A stretch of DNA of 28,268 bases, taken from an uncultured Vampirovibrionales bacterium. GTDB taxonomy: Bacteria; Cyanobacteriota; Vampirovibrionia; Vampirovibrionales; Vampirovibrionaceae. Positions 1 through 7,658 of this stretch are shown here, in pieces (the stretch's first letter is position 1; every line of letters begins with the position of its first letter). The DNA lies in the NCBI GenBank assembly GCA_964643815.1, contig CAZXUP010000002.1, positions 1 through 28,268 on the forward strand, in the 5' to 3' direction. The notes under the pieces were generated by a model, which was not told the origin of the DNA, searched no databases, and saw nothing but the letters and a program-made list of their open reading frames with translations. The position numbers were made by a program, and so were the translations under genes.

Positions 1-349
1 CCATCGGCGATGCCTTGTACGCGCTGCGATGCAGATGAAAAATGAGCGCAAAAATAGCCAGCAGCAAGCCGTATTTAAACAGCAAAAAGCCCGGCTCTCC
101 AAACTGAACCAGCAGTTGATAAAACGTGAACCCCGTCAGCCACTCATGATCAATCCAGCGGGCGTTGGGCGCCGTAAACGAGAAAACATCGTGATAGGGG
201 AATTCGCCATTCTGAAAAAACAAGGCGCCGATTGAAAGCCGTCCCCACAGGTCGGGGTCTGGAAACTGGCCACTGACGATAAACAGCACCGCCACCAGCC
301 AGGCTGCCAATAACAGTACAAGGTGTTTCAATCCCGAAATGCCACTCAT
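1..349 (-). CDS. GT-C-like multi-pass membrane protein, 5' part only (runs off the left edge; absent from the ORF track)
   Basis: Manual translation from ATG at 349: MSGISGLKHLVLLLAAWLVAVLFIVSGQFPDPDLWGRLSIGALFFQNGEFPYHDVFSFTAPNARWIDHEWLTGFTFYQLLVQFGEPGFLLFKYGLLLAIFALIFHLHRSAYKASPM..., open to position 1. TM1 is followed by DPDLW...D-x-FSFT...W-x-x-HEWL, a pattern typical of putative GT-C-fold glycosyltransferases. Confidence 0.75.
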   Translation of the reverse strand, partial: MSGISGLKHLVLLLAAWLVAVLFIVSGQFPDPDLWGRLSIGALFFQNGEFPYHDVFSFTAPNARWIDHEWLTGFTFYQLLVQFGEPGFLLFKYGLLLAIFALIFHLHRSAYKASPM

Positions 350-494
350 TGCCTTATTGTAAAGGAGCTTAGCAGTTATGGACAAGCCAAAAGCCTATTT
401 ACCCGAAACACTTCAGGATGCTATGCTGAATTGCCTACTTCAGGTTTTAGTCACGCTTGGCGATATCTATTAAACGATCCTATCGGAATATGCC

Positions 495-1063
495 TTGAGA
501 CGTCCATCCTTCAGGAAAAAACCTGCTTTTACGCTGGCAGAATTGCTGATATCCCTGGGTATTCTGGGTGTTATTGCCATGTTTACCATTCCCAAGATAA
601 TGAACGTCCAACAAGATCAGCGAAACAAAAGCATCATGAAGGCTCATATCTCCACCATGGCCGGTTTAGTTCAAGCCGCAAGACTTTCCGGCGACTTTTT
701 GAGCTATCAGGCGGGCGAAGCGTTGCTAACCCAGCAAAGCATTATCAAGCGGCTCAATTATGTCCGCCAATGCACCGCTGTCGGTCCGGGGAGTCCTGCC
801 TCCCCCTGCTTTCCGGGGATTACGCCTTTCTGATGGCCGATGGCTCGTTTTTGGCGATGACCTCGGCGGGCACCACGCCACAACGATTTTACCTGTACGT
901 CGATGCCAACGGGAGCGCCGGCCCTAATCTGGAGGGACAGGACCGTATTGTCGTCCGCTATTTCCTGGAGGACAGGGTTGACAAGCCTACTGGACTACAC
1001 AGGCAGGACGGCTCATCGGCAGATGCCCTCAATAGCCCGCTTTACGATGCGCTATGGCAGTAG
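495..1063 (+). pseudogene. Type IV pilin/pseudopilin-like protein split by a one-base (-1) frameshift near 788-818
   Basis: Frame 495-833 (TTG start) has a basic leader plus A|FTLAELLISLGILGVIAMFTIPKI (N-methylation motif, E5 present). The overlapping frame (ORF 323-1063) continues as DYAFLMADGS...YVDANGSAGPNLEGQDRIVV, a C-terminal motif typical of these pilins. One extra G in GGGG 815-818 would fuse them into ~190 aa. Confidence 0.8.
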
Positions 1064-1273
1064 CAGCCTTGTAACCCGTTCGGCAAGTCTCAAATAAAAT
1101 CTGCCGGAACGGGTTAAAATCCGTAACGTCGTATGCTATAGTGCCAATACAAGTGTGTGTACCTTGACAATTGAGTTCCTGAAAGTCAGCGTATCCATAA
1201 GGCTATCTTTTGTCTTGATTGGGGCCGTTCCTTCCCCAAGCCCCTCCCTATCTCAGGCAAAAAACAGCTTTAT

Positions 1274-1685
1274 GGGGCCGATTTGGATTTGACAGGGCGA
1301 ATACGGAAGCAAACTGCGTGTCGGGGGGCTGTTCCCCGTAAAAACAAGCACTTTGACAAATGCCAAAAGCAATGTCATCGCCGTAGACTTCTCCAAAAAA
1401 CAGCTCAAAGCTGCTTAATAGGAGAAGTTACCCTCAATATACCGAGGGTGGCCACCCCTTGTAGCCAGCATGCCGCTACACCGGGTCCCTGATGTATGCT
1501 AGCTGAAACCTGATGGCAATACGGTGAAAGCGAATCTCATTGCCAAGCCCGGCGGGGTTAAACGCTTTGATGGGTCTTAGGTCCGGGAGCGGCCATGGCG
1601 CATCGAGAACCAATCGCTCTCTACGCATGTAGACGTTTGCCGGCGTACGTCTTGGACGAGAGTTCGAATCTCTCCGGCTCCACCA
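1274..1685 (+). ncRNA. ssrA: tmRNA (one-piece, 412 nt)
   Basis: 5' GGGGCCGATTTGGATTTGAC and 3' GAGAG-TTCGAAT-CTCTC-CGGCTCC-ACCA. Acceptor stem GGGGCCG/CGGCTCC has the G3.U alanine determinant and encoded CCA. Helix 2 pairing (GCAAAC/GTTTGC, TGCGTG/TACGCA), PK1 and an internal tag ORF are all visible. Confidence 0.97.
1362..1418 (+). other. tmRNA proteolysis-tag reading frame (A)AKSNVIAVDFSKKQLKAA*
   Basis: Resume codon GCC follows ACAAAT just after PK1. 18 codons end GCT GCT TAA TAG, inside helix GACTTCTCC/GGAGAAGTT. Confidence 0.88.
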
Positions 1686-1718
1686 AAAACCACAAGGCTT
1701 TCCAGCTTTGTGGTTTTT
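1685..1718 (+). terminator. Intrinsic terminator of ssrA
   Basis: AAAAACCACAAGGC-TTTCCA-GCTTTGTGGTTTTT hairpin (one G.U) ending in a T run directly after the CCA. Confidence 0.8.
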
Positions 1719-1875
1719 AGCTTAGAGAGGTCTGTGGATCACTGATGGCTCAGTTATGCGAAATCCCGTAGAAAACACATCTTATTTAAGACGCTATTTT
1801 CCACAAAATATGCGGTGGATCTTTAAAGCAAAATATGTGCTTACTAGAGCGAAACTAAACACCCACAGGAAATCT

Positions 1876-1903
1876 CTCTTAGAGGAGAGCTGCTCTCCAA
1901 GAG
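1876..1903. terminator. Hairpin between ssrA and the convergent priming transferase gene; possible terminator
   Basis: GGAGAGC-T-GCTCTCC perfect inverted repeat, extended by CTCTT/AAGAG. No clear T tract. Confidence 0.35.
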
Positions 1904-1949
1904 CACAGTGGACATCCTGCTAAACATCATTTAAAAGAAACAGCGTTGT

Positions 1950-2696
1950 TTAAACCGCTTTTCCGCCCAACACCACCGGAATCGTCTTCAGCAAAATTTT
2001 GAAGTCCATCCAGAGGCTCCAGTTTTTGATGTAGCTGGAATCCAGCTTGACGACCATATCAAAATCATTAATCGTGGAACGCCCGCTCACCTGCCACAAT
2101 CCCGTCAATCCGGGCAAGGTGCTGAACCGGATGTAATGCCAGGGCTGATAGGTTTCCACTTCCCGCACAATCGGAGGCCTCGGACCCACCAGGCTCATCT
2201 CGCCACGCAGCACATTCAATAGCTGCGGCAATTCATCCAGGCTGTATTTGCGCAGAATGCGTCCCACCCGGGTCATTCTGGGATCGTTGGTCATCTTGAA
2301 CATCACGTCATTGGTTTCGTTGAATTGCAGCAGATCCTTCAACACTTTTTCCGCATCCACACTCATGCTGCGAAATTTGTACATATGGAAGCGCCGACCA
2401 TCAAAACCCACTCGCTCCTGCTTGAAGAGCAAAGGCCCTTTGGAATCCAACTTGATCAGCAGCGCGATCAGAAGCAGCAACGGCGAAATCAAAATCAAAC
2501 CAAACAAGCTGGCCGTAATATCAAACAGACGCTTTATGCTCCACTCCCAAGTAGTCATGTGAGTAGATTCGAGGGTTTGTTGCCCTGGTTGAGTTTCTTC
2601 AGCCAACTCATCCCGCTCATGCCTCAGGTACTTCGCCAGGTTCGGCCTGGAGTCTCTGGAATTTGGAGAATTTTGAAAATCTAAAATCGCGCTCAT
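1950..2696 (-). CDS. Priming undecaprenyl-phosphate glycosylphosphotransferase (Bac_transf; short single-TM ExoY/WcaJ-C-terminal type)
   Basis: KRLFDI, one TM helix, KFRSM, DPRMTRVGRILRKYSLDELPQLLNVLRGEMSLVGPRP, PGLTGLWQV. Confidence 0.95.
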   Translation of the reverse strand: MSAILDFQNSPNSRDSRPNLAKYLRHERDELAEETQPGQQTLESTHMTTWEWSIKRLFDITASLFGLILISPLLLLIALLIKLDSKGPLLFKQERVGFDGRRFHMYKFRSMSVDAEKVLKDLLQFNETNDVMFKMTNDPRMTRVGRILRKYSLDELPQLLNVLRGEMSLVGPRPPIVREVETYQPWHYIRFSTLPGLTGLWQVSGRSTINDFDMVVKLDSSYIKNWSLWMDFKILLKTIPVVLGGKAV

Positions 2697-3182
2697 GCAA
2701 TTCTAACGTCGTCGGTCAATAAGTTCGTTTCAGTACAAGGTGACGCGCCCAAGCAAGCCACAATAAAGCGCCAAGGTGAAAAACAACAAAAAAGGCACTC
2801 CCTATAGTTTTCACAGATCAGCTTTTATTTCAAGTTTTAATCTTAAGTACAACAAAGTTGTTATAAACAATCGCGAATCCTCCTCCTTCCCAAACGCGTC
2901 GAAACTCCTTAAAAACAACCGGTCAAAGGGTTTTTAACAACAGGCCAATATACCGGATTATTGAAAAATCAGAATACCCCACCCCAAAACACCTAAAAGC
3001 GTGTTTTCAATTTGGATGTAACAATTCGCTCACATTCCAGCGTTTTTAGACAATAACCTTTACCCATTCGACTTTGCATAGCCATACGCTGGACTGAGTA
3101 AATAAAATAGTTGCCTTTATCTTCTGAGTCCGAATACCGAGCACGTTCATCATCATTTTTTTAATAGGTAAGGATAGTACGC

Positions 3183-3806
3183 ATGGCTATTGTATTAGAG
3201 AAAAAACACGCATCTCTTCCCACCTCGTTCATCACCGATCAAATCGGCATGACCATTGATACCTTGACCAAAATGGTCTCCAACGAATTGCTGATTCACC
3301 AGATCAACATGGTCGCCGACTTGGCCGTCCAGGCCTACCGCAACGGCAACAAACTGCTGATTGCCGGCAACGGTGGCAGTGCCGCGGATGCCCAGCACAT
3401 TGCAGGCGAACTGGTCAGCCGTTTCTTCTTTGACAGAGATGCCCTGCCTGCCATTGCGTTGACCACGGACAGCTCGATCCTGACCGCCATTGGTAACGAC
3501 TACGGTTACGAAAACCTGTTCTCCCGCCAGATTCAGGCCAACGCCGTCAAAGGCGATATCTTCATCGGCATTTCCACCTCGGGCAATTCCCCCAACATCA
3601 TCAAGGCCTTTGAAGCCTGCCAGGAAAAAGGCGTGATTACCGTCGGCCTCGCCGGGCACACGGGCGGCAAAATGGTTGACTACTGCGACCACTGCATCAA
3701 GGTCCCTGCCACCCTAACCCCGCGTATTCAGGAAGCGCATATCCTGATCGGCCATATCATCTGCTCGATTATCGAAGAAGCCATTTTCGGCAAAAAGGCG
3801 CGCTAA
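3183..3806 (+). CDS. gmhA: Phosphoheptose (sedoheptulose-7-phosphate) isomerase
   Basis: GNGGSAADAQHIAGELVSRF, NDYGYENLFSRQ, STSGNSPNI, RIQEAHILIGH. AAGGA Shine-Dalgarno upstream. Confidence 0.96.
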   Translation: MAIVLEKKHASLPTSFITDQIGMTIDTLTKMVSNELLIHQINMVADLAVQAYRNGNKLLIAGNGGSAADAQHIAGELVSRFFFDRDALPAIALTTDSSILTAIGNDYGYENLFSRQIQANAVKGDIFIGISTSGNSPNIIKAFEACQEKGVITVGLAGHTGGKMVDYCDHCIKVPATLTPRIQEAHILIGHIICSIIEEAIFGKKAR

Positions 3807-3809
3807 GCC

Positions 3810-5003
3810 ATGCAGGCGGTCATCCTGGCCGGTGGCCTGGGCACACGGCTCCGCAGCTCTGTGCCCGACTTGCCAAAGCCGATGGCGCCCATCGCCGGTA
3901 AGCCTTTTCTGGAAGCTCTGCTGATGACCCTCAAGGCTGAGGGAATCACGGATATTCTGTTGCTAACAGGCTACAAAAGCGAAGTCATCAAAGCGCATTT
4001 CGGCACCGGCGAGTCACTGGGGCTATCCATCGACTATAGCGATGAACCTGCCCCGCTTGGCACAGGTGGCGCTCTATTGCATGCCTGGGATAAAGTCGAT
4101 AATGAGTTCCTACTGATCAACGGCGATACTTTTTTCGACTTCCAGTACGACTTGCTCGTCGATTTTGCCCAAGAGCGGGATCTCTCGGCCGTGATGGCCC
4201 TGCGGCTTTCTGAAGATATCAGCCGCTATGGCGTGGTTGATTACGATGACACGTACCGGATTAACGCGTTTGTCGAGAAAGGCACCTTGCCCGCCCATCA
4301 AGTTGACGGCTTCATCAATGGCGGGATTTATTATTTCCGCAAAAGCATCCTGAATACGTTTTACACCCGGTGGCAAAACACGCCGCTTTCGATCGAACAG
4401 GATGTTTTCCCTCAACTCATCGCACAAGAAAAACTGTTTGGCCTGCCCGTCGGCGGCAAATTTGTGGATATTGGCATCCCGGAATCCTACGAATATGCCC
4501 AGACGGCCATCCCCGAATGCCTCGCCCAAAAACGGAAACCCGTCCTGTTTCTGGATCGGGATGGCGTCATCATCCGGGATACGAACTACGTTTTCGGCAC
4601 CGATGTCGAGTTTTTGCCGGACGGGTTTGAGCACGTGGAAAACGCCAACCGCTTGCGCCACTGGGTGTTGGTCATCACCAACCAGGCCGGTGTCGCCAAA
4701 GGGCACTTTGCAGAATCCGATATCGACATCACACACCGACACATTGATGCAACCTACAGGGCCAAGGGTCTGAAAATTGACGACTTCTTCTACTGCCCGT
4801 ATCACCCGGAAGGCACCGTCGCGGATTACCGAAAACTGTCGCTCTGCCGAAAACCTTTCCCCGGCATGCTGTTAAAAGCCGCCGAGTCGTATCGGATTGA
4901 TTTCAGAAACGCCTTAATGGTCGGAGACAATCCACAAGTGGATCGCATTCGCCTGCCCTATCTGAAAAGCACCATCGTGCCAAATCAGAAGGTCTTGGCC
5001 TAG
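3810..5003 (+). CDS. Fusion of heptose-1-phosphate guanylyltransferase (HddC-like NTP transferase) and D,D-heptose-1,7-bisphosphate phosphatase (GmhB, HAD)
   Basis: N-terminal LAGGLGTRLR...PKPM...EPAPLGTGGA...NGDT...FVDIGIPESY. C-terminal FLDRDGVI, TNQAG, CPYHP...CRKPFPGM, MVGD. Confidence 0.92.
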   Translation: MQAVILAGGLGTRLRSSVPDLPKPMAPIAGKPFLEALLMTLKAEGITDILLLTGYKSEVIKAHFGTGESLGLSIDYSDEPAPLGTGGALLHAWDKVDNEFLLINGDTFFDFQYDLLVDFAQERDLSAVMALRLSEDISRYGVVDYDDTYRINAFVEKGTLPAHQVDGFINGGIYYFRKSILNTFYTRWQNTPLSIEQDVFPQLIAQEKLFGLPVGGKFVDIGIPESYEYAQTAIPECLAQKRKPVLFLDRDGVIIRDTNYVFGTDVEFLPDGFEHVENANRLRHWVLVITNQAGVAKGHFAESDIDITHRHIDATYRAKGLKIDDFFYCPYHPEGTVADYRKLSLCRKPFPGMLLKAAESYRIDFRNALMVGDNPQVDRIRLPYLKSTIVPNQKVLA

Positions 5004-5024
5004 TTAGAGTGATATCTGACACCT

Positions 5025-5104
5025 TTGTCATTTCCGCGAAAACGGCCAGCAAGCTGGCTTTGGATAGGGTTTTATTGTCATTCCCGCGAAAGCGGGAATG
5101 ACAA
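5025..5104. repeat. REP/dRS3-like palindromic element (one perfect copy plus one degenerate half copy) between convergent genes
   Basis: Perfect hairpin TTGTCATTCCCGC-GAAA-GCGGGAATGACAA at 5075-5104 containing ATTCCC-N8-GGGAAT. Degenerate copy TTGTCATTTCCGCGAAAACGG at 5025-5045 followed by GCCAGC-AA-GCTGGC. Confidence 0.7.
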
Positions 5105-5161
5105 ACCAGACGAAATTTGAAAAAAGTTTGCTTCCGGATGTCGGTTGGCTCTGAAGTGAGC

Positions 5162-6202
5162 TTATCGGCTCCAGCTGGTCAATCCATGCTCCGTGAACTG
5201 GAAGCGGCGGAACTCTCCGCCAAACTGCTTCAGCGCTTCAATCACCGGATAGCGGGTATTGCCGGGGCAGTAGAACATCATGAATCCGCCGCCGCCCGCG
5301 CCGGAAATTTTTCCGCCGGTCGAACCCGCCTTCATCGCCACGTCATAAAGCTCATCAATCAGCGGGTTGGTGATTTCCTGGGCCGCGTTCTTTTTGTAGC
5401 GCCAGCCAAAATCCAGGATCTCCCCGATTTCATGCATCCGACCCTTCAAAATCACTTCCTTCATCAGGAAGGCTTGTTCTTTCAAGCGGTGCATCGCTTC
5501 CAGCGTCTGCTTGTCGCTCTTCAACACGTTGTGCGTTTGCGCTTCGATGATTTTGGAGGAAAGACGGCTGGTGCCCGTGTAATACAACAGCATGCTGAAT
5601 TCCAGTTCGTGAAACGATTCTCGTTTGATTCGAAGCGGGTTCACAATCACGTTTTCGCTCTTTTGGAATTCCATGAAATTCATCCCGCCAAAGGCAGCGG
5701 CATACTGATCCTGTTTGCCACCCGCCATGCCGAGATCAACCCGTTCGATTTCCCAGGCCAGGTGGGCAATGTCATACTCGCCCAAGGGCAACTTGTGCCA
5801 CTCTGCAAACGCACCCAAGATGGCAACCAGCAATGTGGATGATGTGCCCAGGCCGGAACCCGCCGGGGCATCGACATACGTGGATAACTTGAATGGAGAC
5901 GGCTTCAGATTGAAATCTTTGACCAGACGGTTGTACGCCCCTTTATGCAACGCCAGAAGACCATCCGTGGGAAGCTGATCCGTTACGTCGGATTCCCAGA
6001 TCTCGTTACGATCCATCGACTCAAAAATAATCTTGCCGCCGCCCTCAGCGTCATCCATTGGCTCCAGCGTCGCATAGGCATACATGCTGATGGTGGCATT
6101 AAGAATGGCGCCGCCATAGAGTTCGGAGTATGGACTGGTATCTGAGCCGCCACCGGCCAAACCGATGCGGAGGGGGGCTTTGGAACGAATAATTGTGCTC
6201 AA
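5162..6202 (-). CDS. hddA: D-glycero-alpha-D-manno-heptose-7-phosphate kinase (GHMP kinase)
   Basis: RSKAPLRIGLAGGGSD, PAGSGLGTSS, GGKQDQYAAAFGG, GGKISGAGGGGF. TTG start. Context of gmhA/hddC/gmhB. Confidence 0.93.
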   Translation of the reverse strand: MSTIIRSKAPLRIGLAGGGSDTSPYSELYGGAILNATISMYAYATLEPMDDAEGGGKIIFESMDRNEIWESDVTDQLPTDGLLALHKGAYNRLVKDFNLKPSPFKLSTYVDAPAGSGLGTSSTLLVAILGAFAEWHKLPLGEYDIAHLAWEIERVDLGMAGGKQDQYAAAFGGMNFMEFQKSENVIVNPLRIKRESFHELEFSMLLYYTGTSRLSSKIIEAQTHNVLKSDKQTLEAMHRLKEQAFLMKEVILKGRMHEIGEILDFGWRYKKNAAQEITNPLIDELYDVAMKAGSTGGKISGAGGGGFMMFYCPGNTRYPVIEALKQFGGEFRRFQFTEHGLTSWSR

Positions 6203-6235
6203 GTTTGTGATCCGCCGTGAGTGGTTATCTAAACG

Positions 6236-7102
6236 TTATCTAAACAAGAGTTTGCCGGGTGTCAGGGACTCGATGGAGAATCCGTTCACCGCATAGGAAA
6301 CCAGAACGTTGAGAGAGAACGGAATATCTTCCAAAAGATAACGCCGGTAAAATTTTTGCGGATTGGACAACAGGCGAAACACCCATTCGAGGCCAAGCTT
6401 GCCAATCCATTTGGGAGCCTTCTTTTGCTCGCCTGCGATAAAGTCAATTGAGCCGCCACACGGAAATATCAGCGTCGCATGGATAGCATGGAGATGCTTG
6501 TCAATCCACAGCTCTTGCTTGGGAGCGCCCAGCGCGACAAACAAGACGTCTGTCTGCTTCGCATTGATCTCCTGAATGATGGCCTGATTGGTCTGCTCCT
6601 CCTGAAGCTCTTTAAAGCTGGGGGAGTAGACGCCCACAATCCGAGCATCGGGATAACGGGCCTCTATTGTTTCCTTGGCTCGCTGGGCAACGCCGGGGCC
6701 AGCGCCCAAAATGTAGATATTGTACTGATGCGTACCGGACAGTTTGCATAGATCGTAGACCATGTCACAACCCGGAATACGTTCTGGTAAAGCTCTTCCG
6801 GTCAGCTTGGACAACCAGACGACCGGCATGCCATCCGCAAAAACAAGATGGGCATGTTGCGCCGCCTGGTGAAACGCCCCGTTGGCAATCGTCATCCGGA
6901 GCAGATCGGTATTAATCGGCAAGCAAAAAGTTTTTTCCCGACGTTTCAACCGGGCCAGCAACTCTTGCTGAAGACCCTGGTAGGAAAGAGCCGGAAAAGA
7001 CAGGCCCAACAAGGAAAATTTGGCGATGGAATTATCTTCGGAAAGAGGCGAGGCGGGAGAATGCGTCATTCTAAATATCATCTTTTTATGTCGTCGATAC
7101 AT
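6236..7102 (-). CDS. WecB/TagA/CpsF (GT26) family glycosyltransferase; real start may be Met at 7069
   Basis: FADGMPVVWLS, RIPGCDM, FVALGAPKQELWI, GGSIDF, PKWIGKLGLEWVFRL...RRYL. Confidence 0.93.
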   Translation of the reverse strand: MYRRHKKMIFRMTHSPASPLSEDNSIAKFSLLGLSFPALSYQGLQQELLARLKRREKTFCLPINTDLLRMTIANGAFHQAAQHAHLVFADGMPVVWLSKLTGRALPERIPGCDMVYDLCKLSGTHQYNIYILGAGPGVAQRAKETIEARYPDARIVGVYSPSFKELQEEQTNQAIIQEINAKQTDVLFVALGAPKQELWIDKHLHAIHATLIFPCGGSIDFIAGEQKKAPKWIGKLGLEWVFRLLSNPQKFYRRYLLEDIPFSLNVLVSYAVNGFSIESLTPGKLLFR

Positions 7103-7658
7103 GAATCGGGAGAAATCGGGATGGATATACTTCGCTGTCTGGAAGGCTTCCAGGCAATAAAGCGCCTATTTGGATTACGGTGGAACAAAAGCAAGGTGAG
7201 ACACAAAAATAAGTTTCGATTGCCGGATCACGTTATCATCATGAATCGCCAATCAAGTACTACAAAGAGTATAGATAAAAAAATCGTTCGTCAACCGGCA
7301 GATTCACGTCGTTTACACGCATCCTCCAGCCTGTCTCATTACCCTTCATAAATATTTAAACAGCCGAAAATTGTAAACATCTAAATTTCCACAGTGGCAA
7401 CGATCTCTGACTATTATCCAATTAAATTTATGAGTTTTGTAAACTTTCAGTCAATTCCACGCATTTTCACTTTCAGGATTGTTTTGAGTGTAAGTAAGCA
7501 AGAGAAGTCTGCTGTACTTCTTCTTTCAAATTTATCCCTCTCATTCACATCACCATTCATTCACCTCACTGTTCTCTCTCTGTACTAAACGAGAAACCAC
7601 GCCGGTTACGTTTGGGTACGTTTATATCGTCAGGCAGCTAACATATGAAAGCGACACA

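Noticed and set aside
29-321. Track ORFs 29..235 (+) and 136..321 (-)
   Set aside because: Shadow frames of the minus-strand membrane-protein gene at <1..349.
323-810. N-terminal two-thirds of track ORF 323..1063 as a real 246-aa protein
   Set aside because: It overlaps the start of the minus-strand membrane protein gene and the pilin N-terminal frame. Only its last ~80 codons look genuine, as the pilin C-terminus.
1720-1915. Possible oriC-like DnaA-box cluster downstream of ssrA
   Set aside because: Only one good box (TTTTCCACA at ~1797) and one single-mismatch box (TGATCCACA on the - strand, ~1733). The others have three or more mismatches, there is no AT-rich unwinding repeat, and no dnaA/dnaN nearby.
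3017-3034. TGTAACAATTCGCTCACA as a CRP or NtcA site
   Set aside because: Spacing is TGT-N12-ACA, not the TGTGA-N6-TCACA or GTA-N8-TAC geometry. It is a single occurrence.
5117-5842. Long antisense or alternative-frame ORFs (e.g. 5117..5842, 4110..4805, 16450..17079, 18338..19129, 23507..24349, 24751..25443)
   Set aside because: Each lies opposite a gene with clear family motifs and has no motif of its own; this is the usual shadow of biased codon usage.
6848-7658. Small ORFs (6848..7351, 7394..7588) or a riboswitch/ops element in the long wecG-wzc intergenic region
   Set aside because: The ORFs lack Shine-Dalgarno support or recognisable features. I found no GGCGGTAG ops/JUMPstart motif and no recognisable riboswitch core. 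An unknown leader RNA cannot be excluded without Infernal.
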